Assembly (NCBI RefSeq): GCF_036971445.1
Contig: NC_091471.1
Coordinates: 297,476,001 to 297,540,000, forward strand
DNA: 64,000 nt
Direction of reading: 5' to 3'
Origin: Narcine bancroftii
Taxonomy: Eukaryota
The translations under genes and the position numbers were made by a program. Shown here in pieces: positions 1 through 13,392 of the stretch (its first letter is position 1; each line of letters opens with the position of its first letter). Under the pieces are notes generated by a model, which was given only the letters and a program-made list of their open reading frames with translations, was not told where the DNA came from and ran no database searches.

Positions 1-53
1 AGGCTTTGAGGAAGACTCAGTAATCTAACAGAATGTTAATTCTTTCCACTTTC

Positions 54-474
54 CCCATCCCGGTAATGAGCCTGGCTCACTAACACCACCCAGGTACAGG
101 TAAACTCAAACTCCGCATGTACAACTTTCATTCACACTGGCCCATCCCAGTAATGAGCCTGGCTCACTAACACCACCCAGGTACAGGTAAACTCAAACTC
201 CGCATGTACAACTTTCATTCACACTGGCCCATCCCAGTAATGAGCCTGGCTCACTAACACCACCCAGGTACAGGTAAACTCAAACTCCTGGCCCATCCCA
301 GAAATGAGCCTGGCTCACTAACAACACCCAGGTCCAGGTAAACTCAAACTCCGCATGTGCAACTTTCATTCACACTGGCCCATCCCAGTAACGAGCCTGG
401 CTCACTAACAACAGCAAGGTACAGGTAAACTCAAATTCCGCATGTGCAACTTTCATTCACACTGGCCCATCCAG
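54..474. repeat. 87-bp minisatellite, ~5 copies (third copy has a 23-bp deletion), intronic in MOB3A
   Basis: Unit cccatcccagtaatgagcctggctcactaac...ttcacactgg restarts at 54, 141, 228, 292, 379, 466. Confidence 0.95.
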
Positions 475-639
475 GAAGATTCAGTTAAATTCTGCATGTA
501 AAAGATCCATAAACATTAGTTCCAGTAAGACTCCAATAATCTGGCATCTTTGGGACTTTGGTTGTGTTGGACTGGGAGTTTTTCCAGACATTTGGATATT
601 TCCTTTCTTAGTGTACCTGCACACCTTAATTTTATTTTT

Positions 640-835
640 TTTTTAAAAACTTGGACATACAGAGCAGTAACATGCTCTTCTGGCCCACAAGCCCGTGCCA
701 TCCAAATACTCAATTTAACCTACAACCCCCCCATACATTTTTGAAAGGTGGAAGGAAACCGGAGCACCCGGAGGAAATGGAGAACATTCAAACACTTTGC
801 AAACAGCACTGGAGTTTTGCTGCTACACAGTTGTT
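640..835 (-). mobile_element. V-SINE/HE1-like tRNA-derived SINE
   Basis: Core ggaaggaaaccggagcacccggaggaaa; related copies recur across the window (12850, 16340, 41760, 44460, 55430). Confidence 0.65.
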
Positions 836-1181
836 TAGTTAATTTTCCAGTGAGCCAGCTGTTTAAAGAGAACTTAAGAACAATGTGCCAATGTGTTCAA
901 AGGGAGCATGACGGGTCCCAGCCTGTTTAAAGTGAGAACAGGACTGGGTTTAAAGTGGGCATGGGACCAGGGCTCTGGTGAGGCATATACTAAACCATCA
1001 AGAATTTGAAACTATGGAATAACAGATGATCAGAGATTTAGAGCATATAGAGAATCCCCCTCCCCCCCCCTCCCCAACCCCCGCCATCTATTGCTGTGCT
1101 GTATTTATGAAGCAGTTAACAGTAGAGTTAAAAAAATCTACCCATCATCCCTACTGAAAATTGGTTGATAAAGTTACATAC

Positions 1182-1384
1182 CAGGGGCACCAATTCTTTG
1201 TTGTCTATAAGATTAAACTCTTTAACGAAGTAGTAAAAATGTTTGTAACAAGTATTAACGTGTGCTTCTGCTCCCATAAAGCCGATTCGGTCAAAATGGT
1301 GGATGTACACGTGGACAAAAACACGGAAAAGGCGAGAAAGAATCTTCTTGCAAACTTGCTGGAAGTTTTTTGGAAAAGGAGTTC
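1182..1384 (-). CDS. MOB3A: MOB kinase activator 3A, second coding exon (203 nt)
   Basis: (G)[67 protein letters not shown]; AG at 1386-1385, GT at 1181-1180; phase matches the upstream exon. Confidence 0.93.
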
Positions 1385-2437
1385 CTGAGGAGAAATGAAA
1401 AATACAGTTTAATCATCTTTAAGATCTGAATGCTGCTAACAATTCAATACTTCTCTGCAGTTCAAAGGCAGAAGGTTTCCTTTAGAGCTGAAGCTCCTGG
1501 CACCATCTTCATGGTGACTATTGATTTGAGTAACATTTGAAGGGAACACACAGCAAGGTGGTTTTAAGAACTGTGAATGATGATAGGAATTAGTTGAGTG
1601 TAGATTACTGAACCAAGTTTTTTTTCCCACAGTGATATTTTAGAACCAATCTGCAGACCAGCCATGATCACAAGAACTAGCAGTGAGGGGCTGGGCTGAC
1701 TTCGGTCACCATTTGGTGGTCAATTGCTGTGTCCTCTCAGCAGTTTGATTTGAGCTTACAAGTAAATCTTTATAATTATTAACATATTACAGTCCAATCG
1801 GACAAATACCGTGACAGAAATGAACTGTCCACTCACATAGAACTGTCAATTATTATACTCAGTTCAATACTGAAATACTGTTGGATTGAAATTTGAAGTA
1901 TCCTGACATCAGATGATTTTCAATGCACTGGCAAAAAAAAAATGCATTTATGCAATATTTCTCTCAACTTCTGGGTCATCACCAACGAAGGACGTTTTGA
2001 ACTGCAGTTTCTAGTCACAGAGATGGTGGCAGCAGATGGATCAGGGAAAGGAAATCTCTCTGAAAAGGCAGCGCTAGAGTTGCCTCATCCCATTAGTAGT
2101 GAACTAATCTTGGCAGACGGAGTCCACAGATAGAATTATATTTTCAGATAGTAGTATGAACTATGGTTTAAAAAAAATTCAGTTGCCGCTCCTTTAACGA
2201 GTCCCAGCATTATCAAGGGTTTTTACATATCCCTGTGAGATCAGTAAATTGACCACATATGTAAAGACTCGGTGCACAAGTTGTGGAAGAGCAAAGCATC
2301 ATTGACATGAACCTCTGTGGGGTGGCACTGACCTCTCTTGAACTCTGCACTTTTGTACTGGGTCTTACTTGTTGAACTATGTAACAAAACGTCCACTGGT
2401 CTGCTCGCAAACCACCTCTATCACTTGCATTTTAATA

Positions 2438-3639
2438 CAGTAAATCCCCGGTATCCGGCACCTATAGGGATTGGTCAATGCCAGATAAGTGAGTTTGTCA
2501 GTTGCTTGAGATTGTGCTGTATAATTGGCAATTCACAATTTACATTAATGATCTGGATGAGGGGATTGGATGTAATATCTCCACATTTGCAGATGACACT
2601 AAGCTAGGAGGGGTTGTGTGCACGGAAGAGGGGGTAGGAAGCTCCAGTATGATTTGGATAAATTGAGGGACTGGGCAGATACATGGCAAATGCCCTACAA
2701 TGTGGATAAATGTGAGGTGATCCACTTTGGTCATACAAACCGGAGGGCAGATTACTATTTGAATGGCAATAGATTGGGAGATGGGGAAGTGCAGAGAGAC
2801 CTAGGGGTACTTGTACACCAGTCTCTGAAGGCGAGCATGCAGGTACAGCAGGCGGTTAAAAAGGCAAATGGTATGTTGGCCTTCATATCAAGAGGGTTTG
2901 AGTATAGGAACAAGGATACCTTACTGCAGCTGTACAGGGCCTTGGTGAGACCCCACCTGGAGTATTGTGTGCAGTTTTGGTCACCTTATCTAAGGAAGGA
3001 TGTTCTTGCAATGGAGGGAGTGCAGAGGCGATTCACCAGGCTGATCCCTGGAATGGCAGGAATGACTTATGAGGAAAGATTGCGCAAATTGGGATTGTAC
3101 TCGCTGGAGTTTAGAAGATTGAGAGGGGATTCATAGAGACCTATAAAATTCTGGCAGGACTGGACAGAGTGGATGCAGATGGGATGTTTCCAAGGATGGG
3201 AAAATCCAGAACCCGGGGCCATGGTTTGAGGATAATAGGCAAACCATTTAGGACCGAGATGAGGAGGAATTTCTTGACCCAGAGGATGGTGAATCTGTGG
3301 AATTCATTGGCACAGAGGGCAGTAGAGGCAGGTTCATTAAATATATTTAAGAGGGAATTAGATCTATTTCTTCAGTATAAGGGTATTAAAGGTTACGGAG
3401 AGAAGGCGGGGACGGGGTACTGAACTTTAAGATCAGCCATGATCTCATTGAATGGCGGAGCAGGCTCGAAGGGTCGAATGACCTACTCCTGCTCCTATCT
3501 TCTATGTTTCTATGTTTACCTGCAAGGAGGCACCAATTTTAAACTTTTGTAGTTTTGAGCTATTTATTTTCTGTGCTTTTTTTTGTCAGTTGCTCGATGC
3601 TGCTGGTTGGCTCAATTCCGGATAACGGGGATTTTCCTA
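2438..3639. mobile_element. Tc1/mariner (Tigger-like) MITE split by a CR1 insertion (halves ~2438-2530 and ~3518-3639)
   Basis: TIRs cagtaaatccccggtatccgg / ccggataacggggattttccta with TA on both sides; an uninterrupted family copy lies at 30828-31038. Confidence 0.75.
2531..3517 (+). mobile_element. 5'-truncated CR1 LINE (RT C-terminus and 3'UTR), fairly young
   Basis: FTIYINDLDEG..FADDTKLGG, LVRPHLEYCVQFWSP; (tctatgtt)n tail. Confidence 0.92.
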
Positions 3640-3910
3640 TATATGCGATAATTAGGCATTTTCAATATATGTATACAGGTTCTGTGTGTATGTTCAGTTT
3701 GTATGCATGTTATGTCTGTATGTATCTTTGCGCTGTTTTTGCACCGAGGACTGGAGAACAGTTTCATCAGGTTGTACTGTTATAATCAGATGATAAATAA
3801 AGTTGAACTTAAACTTGGACTCAGTGGGCTGAAGAGCCTGCTTATGGCATTTCTCAAAAAAAAGAACATATTGCAAATCCAAGGGGCACCATTTAAATTT
3901 TCCAACTCAC

Positions 3911-4328
3911 CAACATTGGTTGGAAATATGTTTTCATTGTTCACTTGGGTTTCAATCCAGTCCATAAGAAGACTCATATATTGTGGGGCTGATAATGCTG
4001 TCGGCTTCCTGTACTTATTCTCATCTTGCCATCTATATTCATACCGAGACCCTCCTGACATAACGGGGCACGAGGTATCAGTGCAGAACTCGGAGACAGT
4101 TCCGTAAATTAGATTAATACGGTTGAAGAAATCCACCACATGGACAGCCACCCAGTCATTGAGGTCCTCGTTTGAAGGAAGTTGAACTGCGACTTTCAAA
4201 TCCAGGCCAGCATTCAGCGATGCCTGTGCCCTCTTGTGCAGCTCAAATCTCTGCGTGCCAGGCTCAAACTTGCGCTTGGGACGGAAAGTCTTGTCCTTAT
4301 TGAACACTTGCTTCAAGGCCACAGCCAT
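3911..4328 (-). CDS. MOB3A: MOB kinase activator 3A, first coding exon (whole exon 3911-4446 including 118 nt of 5'UTR)
   Basis: [44 protein letters not shown]...FPTNV(G); ATG 4328, donor gtgagt 3910, acceptor tttttcacag 4447. ASLNAGLDL and PTNVGTPFPK plus linkage to FZR1 favour 3A over 3B/3C. Confidence 0.92.
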
Positions 4329-4599
4329 ATTAAACTCTGTGATGATCTGCCAAGAGCAGGACTGATAATTCGTCAAAACAAAAGATGGAGCTTGAGGGAA
4401 TGACTTTGCTTCCACAGGTGAAAAGGTTACTAACAATTCTTCAGTTCTGTGAAAAACACAAAATAAATTTATGTCATACTTTACCACCTTATAATTCTAT
4501 AGTTATTTGCCAGTTTTACCTATTCTAGCCATAGTCAAGAGGAATTGATTTAGAATGACGCAGTGATACCCCTCCAAAAGGTAATGCCCATGACATCAC

Positions 4600-5055
4600 A
4601 GGCAAAACCCTCCCCACTATAGAGAAGATCTACAGAGAATGCAGCCATCAGAGGGCAGCAGCAATCATCAAGGATCCACACCATCCGGCACACGCTCTGT
4701 TCTCGCTGCCTCTGTCAGGTAAGAGGTGTAGATGCCACAAGACTTGCACCACCAGGTTCAGGAACAGCTGCTACCCCTCCATCATCAGCTCCTCAACAAC
4801 AAACCCAATCAAGGACTCATTTAAGGACTCTTAGTTATGCACTTTATTGATTTTTAAAAAATTCTCCATGTATTGCACAGTTTGTTCACATTCGTTATCT
4901 GTTTACAGTTTGTTATTTGTTTACCTGTATATGCTGTGTATTTTTTTTTCACTACCAATAAGTAGTAATTCTGCCTCACCCACAGGAAAATGAATCTCAG
5001 AGAGGTATGTGATGTCATGTTTGCACTGTACTCTTGGCAATAAATCTGAAATCTG
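4600..5055 (+). mobile_element. Rex1/Babar LINE 3' fragment
   Basis: LPTIEKIYRE..IIKDPHHPAHALFSL..TTRFRNSCYP followed by the family 3'UTR. Confidence 0.75.
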
Positions 5056-8000
5056 GTCTTATGTACAACACATCTACTATGTGCAACACTAACACAGAAC
5101 TCAGTGACAGAATTGGTGCAAAATAAAAGTACATGGATTACTATTCATCTCATTTTCACCTTAAATAAAAAAAATTGAAAAAATACTGCATCGTCAAAAG
5201 GAGAAGGTAATTTTGTTTTCTGCAGTTTCCATTTTATTTCTAATCTGCACATCAATCAAACACGCTGGTGATGAAATATATTACTTGCACGGAACCTTAT
5301 ATTTCACTATTATATCTCCCTTGCTTCCTCAGATTAATCTAAATTATACTGGGCTAGAGGGCAGCAAGCAACTGAAGGCTCTGCCTTGGTTACAGTGAAT
5401 ACTGTGTGCAGTGTATGATTACACCAATCCTGGAATCCACACTCTGAATTTGGATGAATTATTGGCTTGGTCAGAAAAGAGATGCTTTGCTTTATGCACA
5501 TCTATTTTTCATGAAGTTTTGAAAAGATTAAACAAAGTAAAGCATTATCTGAAGTAGAATACTTTCTTATGCACTATTTGACAGTAATCCTCTTTGGTTA
5601 GGAATGCATAATTGAAATACTTCCTTGTTTTTTATTTTCTCAGGACTTGCTCAATTTAGATCATCATGTTTACACAGGCAGGCACAATTTTGTTCAAACA
5701 GCTTCATGCTGCAACACGACAGTTCCATCACTTCAGAGAATCACAGACAGTAGATTGCCTGTGAATAAAATTCTGCTTTCTTTACTGAAATGTAAAATAA
5801 CACACAATAAAGATTTCCTATCTTTGCCAGGTTTAAATAAAGTACAATGAATCTTAAAATAGAAGAACAGTTCAAAATGTTAAAGCCAAATTAAGAACAA
5901 TGCAAAAGTTGCCCCTGAGAAAATATTAAAGGGAAACCTCTGATAGATGAATGGATGAATGCAATACAAGAGCAATTCCATCCCAACTTGTGCCAATTCA
6001 AATAAACTATCCTATTTTCCTATCAATCTGTTCCTGATCTCAATCCCTCCCACACTTGCACTGAGACAATTTCATTTTAAAACCACTGTTTAACTGTCAA
6101 TAAGAAGCTAGCACACAAGTAGTTGTGGACGTGAAACTTCCTCTAATCCATTTGCAGTGTGGGACAGCACCTGAAGAACTGTTTAACAGAGAAATGAGTG
6201 GCTACAGAAATACACATTTTTCAAAGGAGGGATGTCTGTGAGTATCCTCGACAACAGGCCCAAATGTGTATCCTCAGATCTATAATCCTGGTTAGTTGAT
6301 GACCAATCTGCGTGACACTAGTAATCAACAGTACACATAACATGTAAACTGGCCTTAAAAACAGAAAATGCTACATATGAACTCAATGACCAAAAATTAT
6401 AGACCATATAGAACAATTCAAAAAGGGAACCCAGAATAATGTTCATTACTTTCCCAACGCATGCAAGCTAAGGCAGACATACAATCAAGCAGAGGATTTC
6501 TGTCCACTACAAAGTTCACAGCCTTTCATCCACTGGGAACACATCACACAAATAACACACTGGGAATAGGTATCGGCAAACCAAGGTGTATGCTAAGATG
6601 TAGTTCCTAAAATTAATAAGTATATCTTCATGACTTCAGAACATTACCTTACTATACAACCATAGTTATATCTTTAAAACTCAGACCAATAACACACATT
6701 AGCAATGTATTAAAGATGGATATCCAAATATGCAGATGCCGTGGTTTAAAGCCCTTGCTTGTAGCAGATTCCTGCAATATTTTGAATTCTATGATTCAAT
6801 AAGCACCAATTTATGTACTTCCTGATTCTTTCATTTTCAATATAATTAAAGCAAAAAAATCTTAAAAATAAGCAGATCTTAATGAAAATGACAAAAATAG
6901 AAGGTCATATTCCATTCCAAACTTTTCAGTAATTTTTAAAAACTGCCTATCTCTGGCAGAAAGTGTTTCGTTTTGCTGGTGCATCTAGTTTATCAGCCAA
7001 TTCCAAACAAGCTGCAAGTTTTCTTTTCAGACACAACAAAGAGTACCCCACCTTTGAAATGATGTATTCACTTACTTTTCTATATAAATATTTCATTCAC
7101 CATTGCTAAAGTCTGTGAAAATATGGACTTTAACATGAAACTGCCTTCCTGAAGATGGAATTTTACACACATTTTCAGATCAAAAATAAAAATAAAGGAA
7201 CAAAGACCTAGCAAACAGTCTTGACACTTCGCAGCTGCCTTTGTGAACAGGATGGTTTGCCTGGTTCCTTTATTTATAACGTTCTGAATTTCTCCTTTAA
7301 TTACATTGGAAGGTATCATAGTGAATGTAGTCATGGGGAAATCCAGCCATCAGCATCCACCCTCGGAAACTTCCCTTTAGGCCTTTCCTCGTTTTTTTTT
7401 TATTATTGATTTATGTGAAATACCAACTACTAACAAGAAATTAATTCAAATGACTGACCACTCAGATACTGGAGTTGAATTTCCCCCCAAAAAATCACTA
7501 AGAACTTAGGCAAGTAACCAATCGTTTATTTTTCGTCATCTTGCAAAAAAAGCAGCTTAGGACTAAGGTTCTGGGTTTCAGAACCTCAAACTGTTGCCTG
7601 GGATGATTTCAGGTGAAATAAAATTCATGCTCTTCTTTAAGGAACACAGGTACAGTAACATGTAACAAGGTTGCTGGCTGGGACAATTACAGAATTATGG
7701 AACGCAGAAACAGCACTCAAAAAACAATACTAATTGCTTGAAATTATGTCAATATCAAAGACTGTGCTGTATCCTTTTAACATACAATTTTAATCTATTT
7801 CGTGAATTAATGGGCAACTGTCTAAACATGAAATTCACTCACTTGGACTTCAAGACAAGGTTATTGTCATCTGATTATACAAGTACAAACTGACAACAAA
7901 GCCTTCTCTGGTCCTCAGTGCAAAACACGCATAAAGCCAGATATTAGAGATACAGACAAACAATACATATACAGGACTAGTATTCATATATACAAATAAA

Positions 8001-8109
8001 TAAATATTGATCTGTGAATATGAAAGATTTGTGAACATGAAGATGTGTGAGCAGTTCATTTGGTTGTTCAGTGTTCTGATCTCCCGTGGGAAGAAGCTGT
8101 TTCTCAGGA

Positions 8110-8640
8110 CCCAAATATTTTTGATATAGAATTGAAATTGAAATTAGATAAATATCAAAAAGAATTCGTTAAAATAGCCCTAACGGTAGCAAGAAAATGT
8201 GAGGCAGTAACTTGGAAATCAGATGTTTCATTTGGGGATGGGTAGATGGCCGTATTGAAACAAATAGTTGGAAACCACTTGAAAAGATTACATACAATTT
8301 ACATAACAAATTTGAAATTTAAAAAAAATTTGGGAATCATATTTACAAATTGTAGGATTTAAGTTATAATCGCCCAACCTGAATCTTCCGGCTCCTAAAA
8401 TCAAATCAAGAAAATTAAGGTATGTTAAGATTTTATTTTATAGTTTTAGTAAGTTTTTATAATTATTATTGTGAGTTTTCTTTCTTTTGTTTCCTTTTTT
8501 TCTATTGGGTTGTTGGGGGGGAAGGATGGGAGCAGGGAAAAAATTTTTAAATCACTATGTATTAATTTTTTATTATACTCGAATAAGCAATCTATGAAAA
8601 AGGTTTTTTTTAAATGCATATGTGAAATTAAATTTAAAAA
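8110..8640 (+). mobile_element. L1/Tx1-like LINE ORF2 C-terminal fragment
   Basis: LKLDKYQKEFVKIALTVARKC..TWKS..LEKITYNL; similar to the fragment at 38215-38780. Confidence 0.55.
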
Positions 8641-9942
8641 TTAAAAAAAACCCACTACTGTTGTATTTGTTCCAGGCACCCACCACCCTGCCTTGTATAC
8701 CTCCATTTCCCTTTAGCCCATCTATATCCAATCTACACTTGCATGCTTGGCACACTCTGCTATTGAGTAGCAGGATATTACACACACTGTATACTCAGAA
8801 GGTGGATCCAATCCTTTAACCTGATGCTTGAATATGGCAGATCACATATTAAGCCACAGGTGACCCAAAACTTTAACATGCTGACGACAGAGCTCTGAGA
8901 TGGGTGCAATGATATTTCAAATGTGTACATTAAATAAATAATGCATATAAATACAAGATGAGCTGTATAGGGGTTTTTTTTTTCAAAATACTGTAAAATT
9001 TCCTGTCATTAAATAAAAGATCTGGGGATTTCCTATCCCCACATTAAGTTTCCAATCCTTGTATAATTACTTTGGTTACATTTCTGTCTGTCATCAAAGA
9101 AGCTGCTAAAAATAAAAGCTGGTTTTGTTTAATTCTTTGTGGTTATAACAGAGAATTTAGTGGTTGTAGATGGAAGCTACTGCAGGAAGAATGATGCTCA
9201 GCATAAACCTGTAAAAAAGTTTTTTGTACACACAATGGTGTATGGAACAATCTGCCAGAGTAGAGTTGAGGAAGGTACTATTGTTAAGAAACATTTGGAC
9301 AGATAGATAGATAAGATAGGATCAGAGGGGATATGGGCTGAACAGAGGAAGGTGGGACTAATGTGGATGGGATATTTTGGTTGGCATGGGCTCTAGGGGC
9401 TGTTTCCATGCTGTATGACTGAATTTTGCTCCATATGTCCATTGCCCTGTGTATATGACAATAAACTCATTATCATTAAACCTCCAATGCTAATTTTAAA
9501 CTGAAGTCAGCAATGGAAGCGAATAACTTGCATATACAAAGATCCTTTCATTGAGTCATGATGTTGCAATGTGCTCTCCACTCAATCAAATTCTTTGTGG
9601 AATCTAACCTTTCTAGATTAAATAAAGAAATGTACAGTAGAAATAAAATTAGCAGCTGCCTAGAGAACTGAAGCTGCTACTAAACTGTCTGCCCACAAGT
9701 ATCAAATTAGTTAAAATGTACTGAATGCATTAAGAGGAAAGATTATTTTTATACATGCAAACTAGATGAAAGATTCTAATGAATAAAGGCTACAAGATCT
9801 TAAACAATAGGAGGCAAAATAAAAATAAACTGCAGTTGCTCAAAATCTAAAACAAAATTCTACAAATATATTTCAGCATCTGTGGGAAGAGACTCAACAT
9901 TGCACTTTGAAAACATAAGTTCTGATGTTAAAAATGGAGGTA

Positions 9943-10173
9943 CAGTGAAACCTCGTTAGAATGCGATTTGTTAATCACCGAAATCGCTTATAGCGCGGGT
10001 GTCTGTGCACCTCAAACTGCTAAGGAGCGGGGTGCCCTTGCCCCAAAGTCCCACGCCAGCAGCCCTTGCCCCAAAGTCTCGCATCGGCCGCCCCTGCATC
10101 TGTTCCGCGACTTGGCTGTAACGCAGTATGAAATCTTGGACCCCAACTACTGCATTCTAACGAGGTTTTACTG
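9943..10173. mobile_element. Tigger/pogo-like MITE, complete
   Basis: TIRs cagtgaaacctcgttagaatgc / gcattctaacgaggttttactg, TA target duplication. Confidence 0.85.
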
Positions 10174-10859
10174 TATCTGGTAAATGAACTGCTTTGCATT
10201 CTACAATGACATAGATGGCCCTAGAGTTAATAACGAACAGCTATAGCCTTAACCCTTTGAATGCCATCTCCCTGTTTTCAGGGACTACCAACAAGCGCAT
10301 AAACTCCATGTACCCCTTTAAGGACCAAAAGCTTTTTGGGATAGACATCCATAAACAAGAGGAACAAAATGGCTTGGATCCACACCAGATATGGAAGATC
10401 AGCTGGATATGGATAATTAATTTTTAAAATTACAAATGCTTGGAAACTATTATCAAATGACATGCATTTTGCAAAAGAGTTAGGAGTTAACGATCCAAAG
10501 TTCAGTTTAAATTAAATCACAAAATTCTGTAGACACTGTAGTTGAAGTAAAAACACAAAATGCTGGAGAAGCTCAGCAGGTCGGTCTCTTTTGTATAGCA
10601 AAAGCAAAGATACATAACCTACGTTTCGGGCTTGAGCCCTTCTGTTTATGTATGAAACATCAGTTTAATTAAATAACTGGCAGAGGTAACATGAATCTGC
10701 ATTGTTGTCAACAGATCATCTATGGTGTACACAAGTCCTAGTTTGTAAACATAGGTCCAATGCAGGATGAGATGAACTGATGTCAATATTTTATTTCGAC
10801 TCTCTGCTATGCTTAATTTAACCTGCTGGTCAGTCATAGGTGCACACTCAACAGTCTAA

Positions 10860-11046
10860 GCAAGCCATTTTCTGGCTATGTCCCCCTTAAGGACTCTGCT
10901 CAATGTTTATGGCCACCTTCCCTGTGAAGCAATTGTTGAGTTGGTTTCTTCCTAACTTCTCTCCTACCGACCACACAATTTTTTTTAAAATGGTTTCAGT
11001 CCATGGCCCCCAGGGGAAACGCATTTTCCCAGCTGAGAATGGCTGG
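10860..11046. mobile_element. hAT (Charlie-like) MITE
   Basis: Ends caagccatt / gagaatggctg, flanks gtctaag / gtctaaac; homologous copy at 57634-57817. Confidence 0.6.
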
Positions 11047-11949
11047 TCTAAACCAGTAATGAGAAACAATGATCTTGGGTTCAGGCTTGAGCAGGTAAAT
11101 AGAACTTATTTTCAACCTTTTCCAACATTTCTGCAATGACTCACTCGCAGATAGTCACAAACTCCTCCTGAATGCCATAGCACCCCCTTGTGCAAGCAAT
11201 TAAATAATATCCAAGTAGAAAATGTATAAACAATACGGGTGATAAGAGAGAGGGCAAAGCTCAGCATGAAGTACAAGTGTCAGTGATCAAAAATAGTTGA
11301 TAAGCATGATCACCTCCCTTCGATATGACGACTATTTTGCTCCTACTAAATTCAAGGTTATCAAGCTGAAGTGAAACACTAACTTGCGCACATCTAGCTA
11401 CTTCCAACGGTAAACATTTGCCACAACGCTCAACTGATAGTTGAATAAGGGACTGTTTCTTTTAAAACCAAAAAAGTGAGTTGACTATATTGCTGGTTTT
11501 CCCAATGAAGCATCAGACAGTGCGCCACAGCATCTTCCTTTGCAGGCAATGCAAATCGGCTCTGAGACCTTCAGCAACAAATGGATTCCGTCCTCTCACA
11601 TTCACGCTCTCCTCAGAGCTCCTCATTTTAGTTCCTCATCAATGGTTGCCATCCCCCTTACAAACAATAATGGCCATTATTTGGATATTGTTGCCCCCGT
11701 TATTCGATTTACTCCTACAGAAGAAAGTGTGTGGGCCCACATGCAACACTTGCATGACTAACTTAAACTGGCAAGTTGATAGCAGTTTTAACTTTTCTCT
11801 CTTCATGGCATATGTGCTATTCCATTTATATCATACACTATAACCTGAGCCTTTTTGTCCATTAAAAAAAAGACAATTTCATGAATGTTCTTCAGAACAT
11901 ATCTGCTAGCCGACATGCAACTTTAGACTCAAAACAACATATTTGGTAG

Positions 11950-12395
11950 TGGTATGGTTTGGTATGGAAACACCAATACCCCTAAGCATAAAACCCTGCA
12001 AAAGGTAGTGGACACAGCCCAGGGTGTCACAGGCAAATCCATCCCCACTATTGAGAACATCTACAGGGAATGCTGTCTTCGGACCACCCAGCAAGTGCCC
12101 TGTTCTCACTGGAAAGAAGTAGAGGTGCCACAGGACACACCACCAGGTCAGGAATAGCTGCTACCCCACCACCATCAGAGTCCTCAACAACAAACTCAAT
12201 CAGGGACTCATTTAAGAACTCTTTCTTTTGCACTTTATTGATTTGTTATTTCTCTCTGTATTGCAGTTTGTTTACGTATCTACATTGAATATAGTTTATG
12301 TTTTTTCACTACCAATAAATAGTAATTCTGCCGAGCCCACAGAAAAAAGAATCTCAGGGTTGTATTGATGTCATAGATGTACAATAAACCTGAAA
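11950..12395 (+). mobile_element. Rex1/Babar LINE 3' fragment
   Basis: VWYGNT..LQKVVDTAQ.VTG..PTIENIYRECC; 3'UTR matches 4800-5055. Confidence 0.75.
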
Positions 12396-12849
12396 TGTGA
12401 ATTATCTCTTGTGTAGGCTAGCAAGCATCAAATTGAATCTTTACTCCTCTGGTAAAATGGAAAAGGACTAACAGTAATAAAAAAGAAGCACTGAACTTAG
12501 TAAGGTAAAAACATCAGCAACAAAATCTGGAAATGTATAAATATCGACTGGCCAAGAGTACCTCACCTTTTCCCTTTCTCTCTTTTATTAAACTTTTTTT
12601 TAGTGTCCTGAGAACTTCAGTCAAATCCGTAATGTTTCAAATTACAGGGAATATAATCACAGCTTGCATAGTACTTCCTAGGTATCTACTGACTGGTGAA
12701 TTTTTTTGTCAGTTGCCATCAAGGCAATAGTACTCCAGCTATTATCTAACGAGAGCTTCATACACAGGTAATACAATTTCTAGCTCCTTTATTCTAATCT
12801 CCTAGAGATCATGTCCAGTACTTTAATTTTTAATTTAATTTTTTTCTAA

Positions 12850-13060
12850 ATTTTAAATTTAGACATACAGCATGGTAACAGGCCCACAAGTTTGTACTGC
12901 CCAATTTTATAGCCAATAACTCATGCAACGCTTGGAATGGAATGGAAAACCCATGTAGACATGTACAAACTCCTCATAGATAGCGGATTTGAACCTTGTC
13001 CTGATTGTAGGTCCTGTAATGGCATTGCGCTAACAGCTGCACTAACCATGCCACCCTCAA
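12850..13060 (-). mobile_element. V-SINE-like SINE
   Basis: gacatacagcatggtaacaggcc...tacaaactcctc...tttgaacc...gcgctaac, matching other copies. Confidence 0.6.
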
Positions 13061-13392
13061 TATTTTATATTTTCAATGATATTTTATAGAAATGCATCCC
13101 TATATCTCTCAGGGTTCCACCATTTCAAACATAGTTGTATAAAGTTAGAATAACAAAGCTATTTTACAATTGAGCATTAAACATTACACATTTTTGTAAC
13201 ATTAAAATGGGGTGAGGAAGGGCATAGAAACATAATTCTTATTGAAGTTAATGATAATCGTCTCCATCTGCTTTTCCCACAAGCAGTTTATAACTCGCAC
13301 TTGTTTTTCTATCAGCCAATCTCATTTCCTGACTGCAGCCACCACAATTGTGGATGTTTTAAAATGACAGATTTAATCAACATTATTGCAAT

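Noticed and set aside
3786-4487. 233-aa single-exon MOB ORF
   Set aside because: Read-through into flanking introns; the real CDS portion is 4328-3911, bounded by splice sites
5350-5368. CTCF-like gctagagggcagc
   Set aside because: 5' half of the motif mismatches; single unsupported hit
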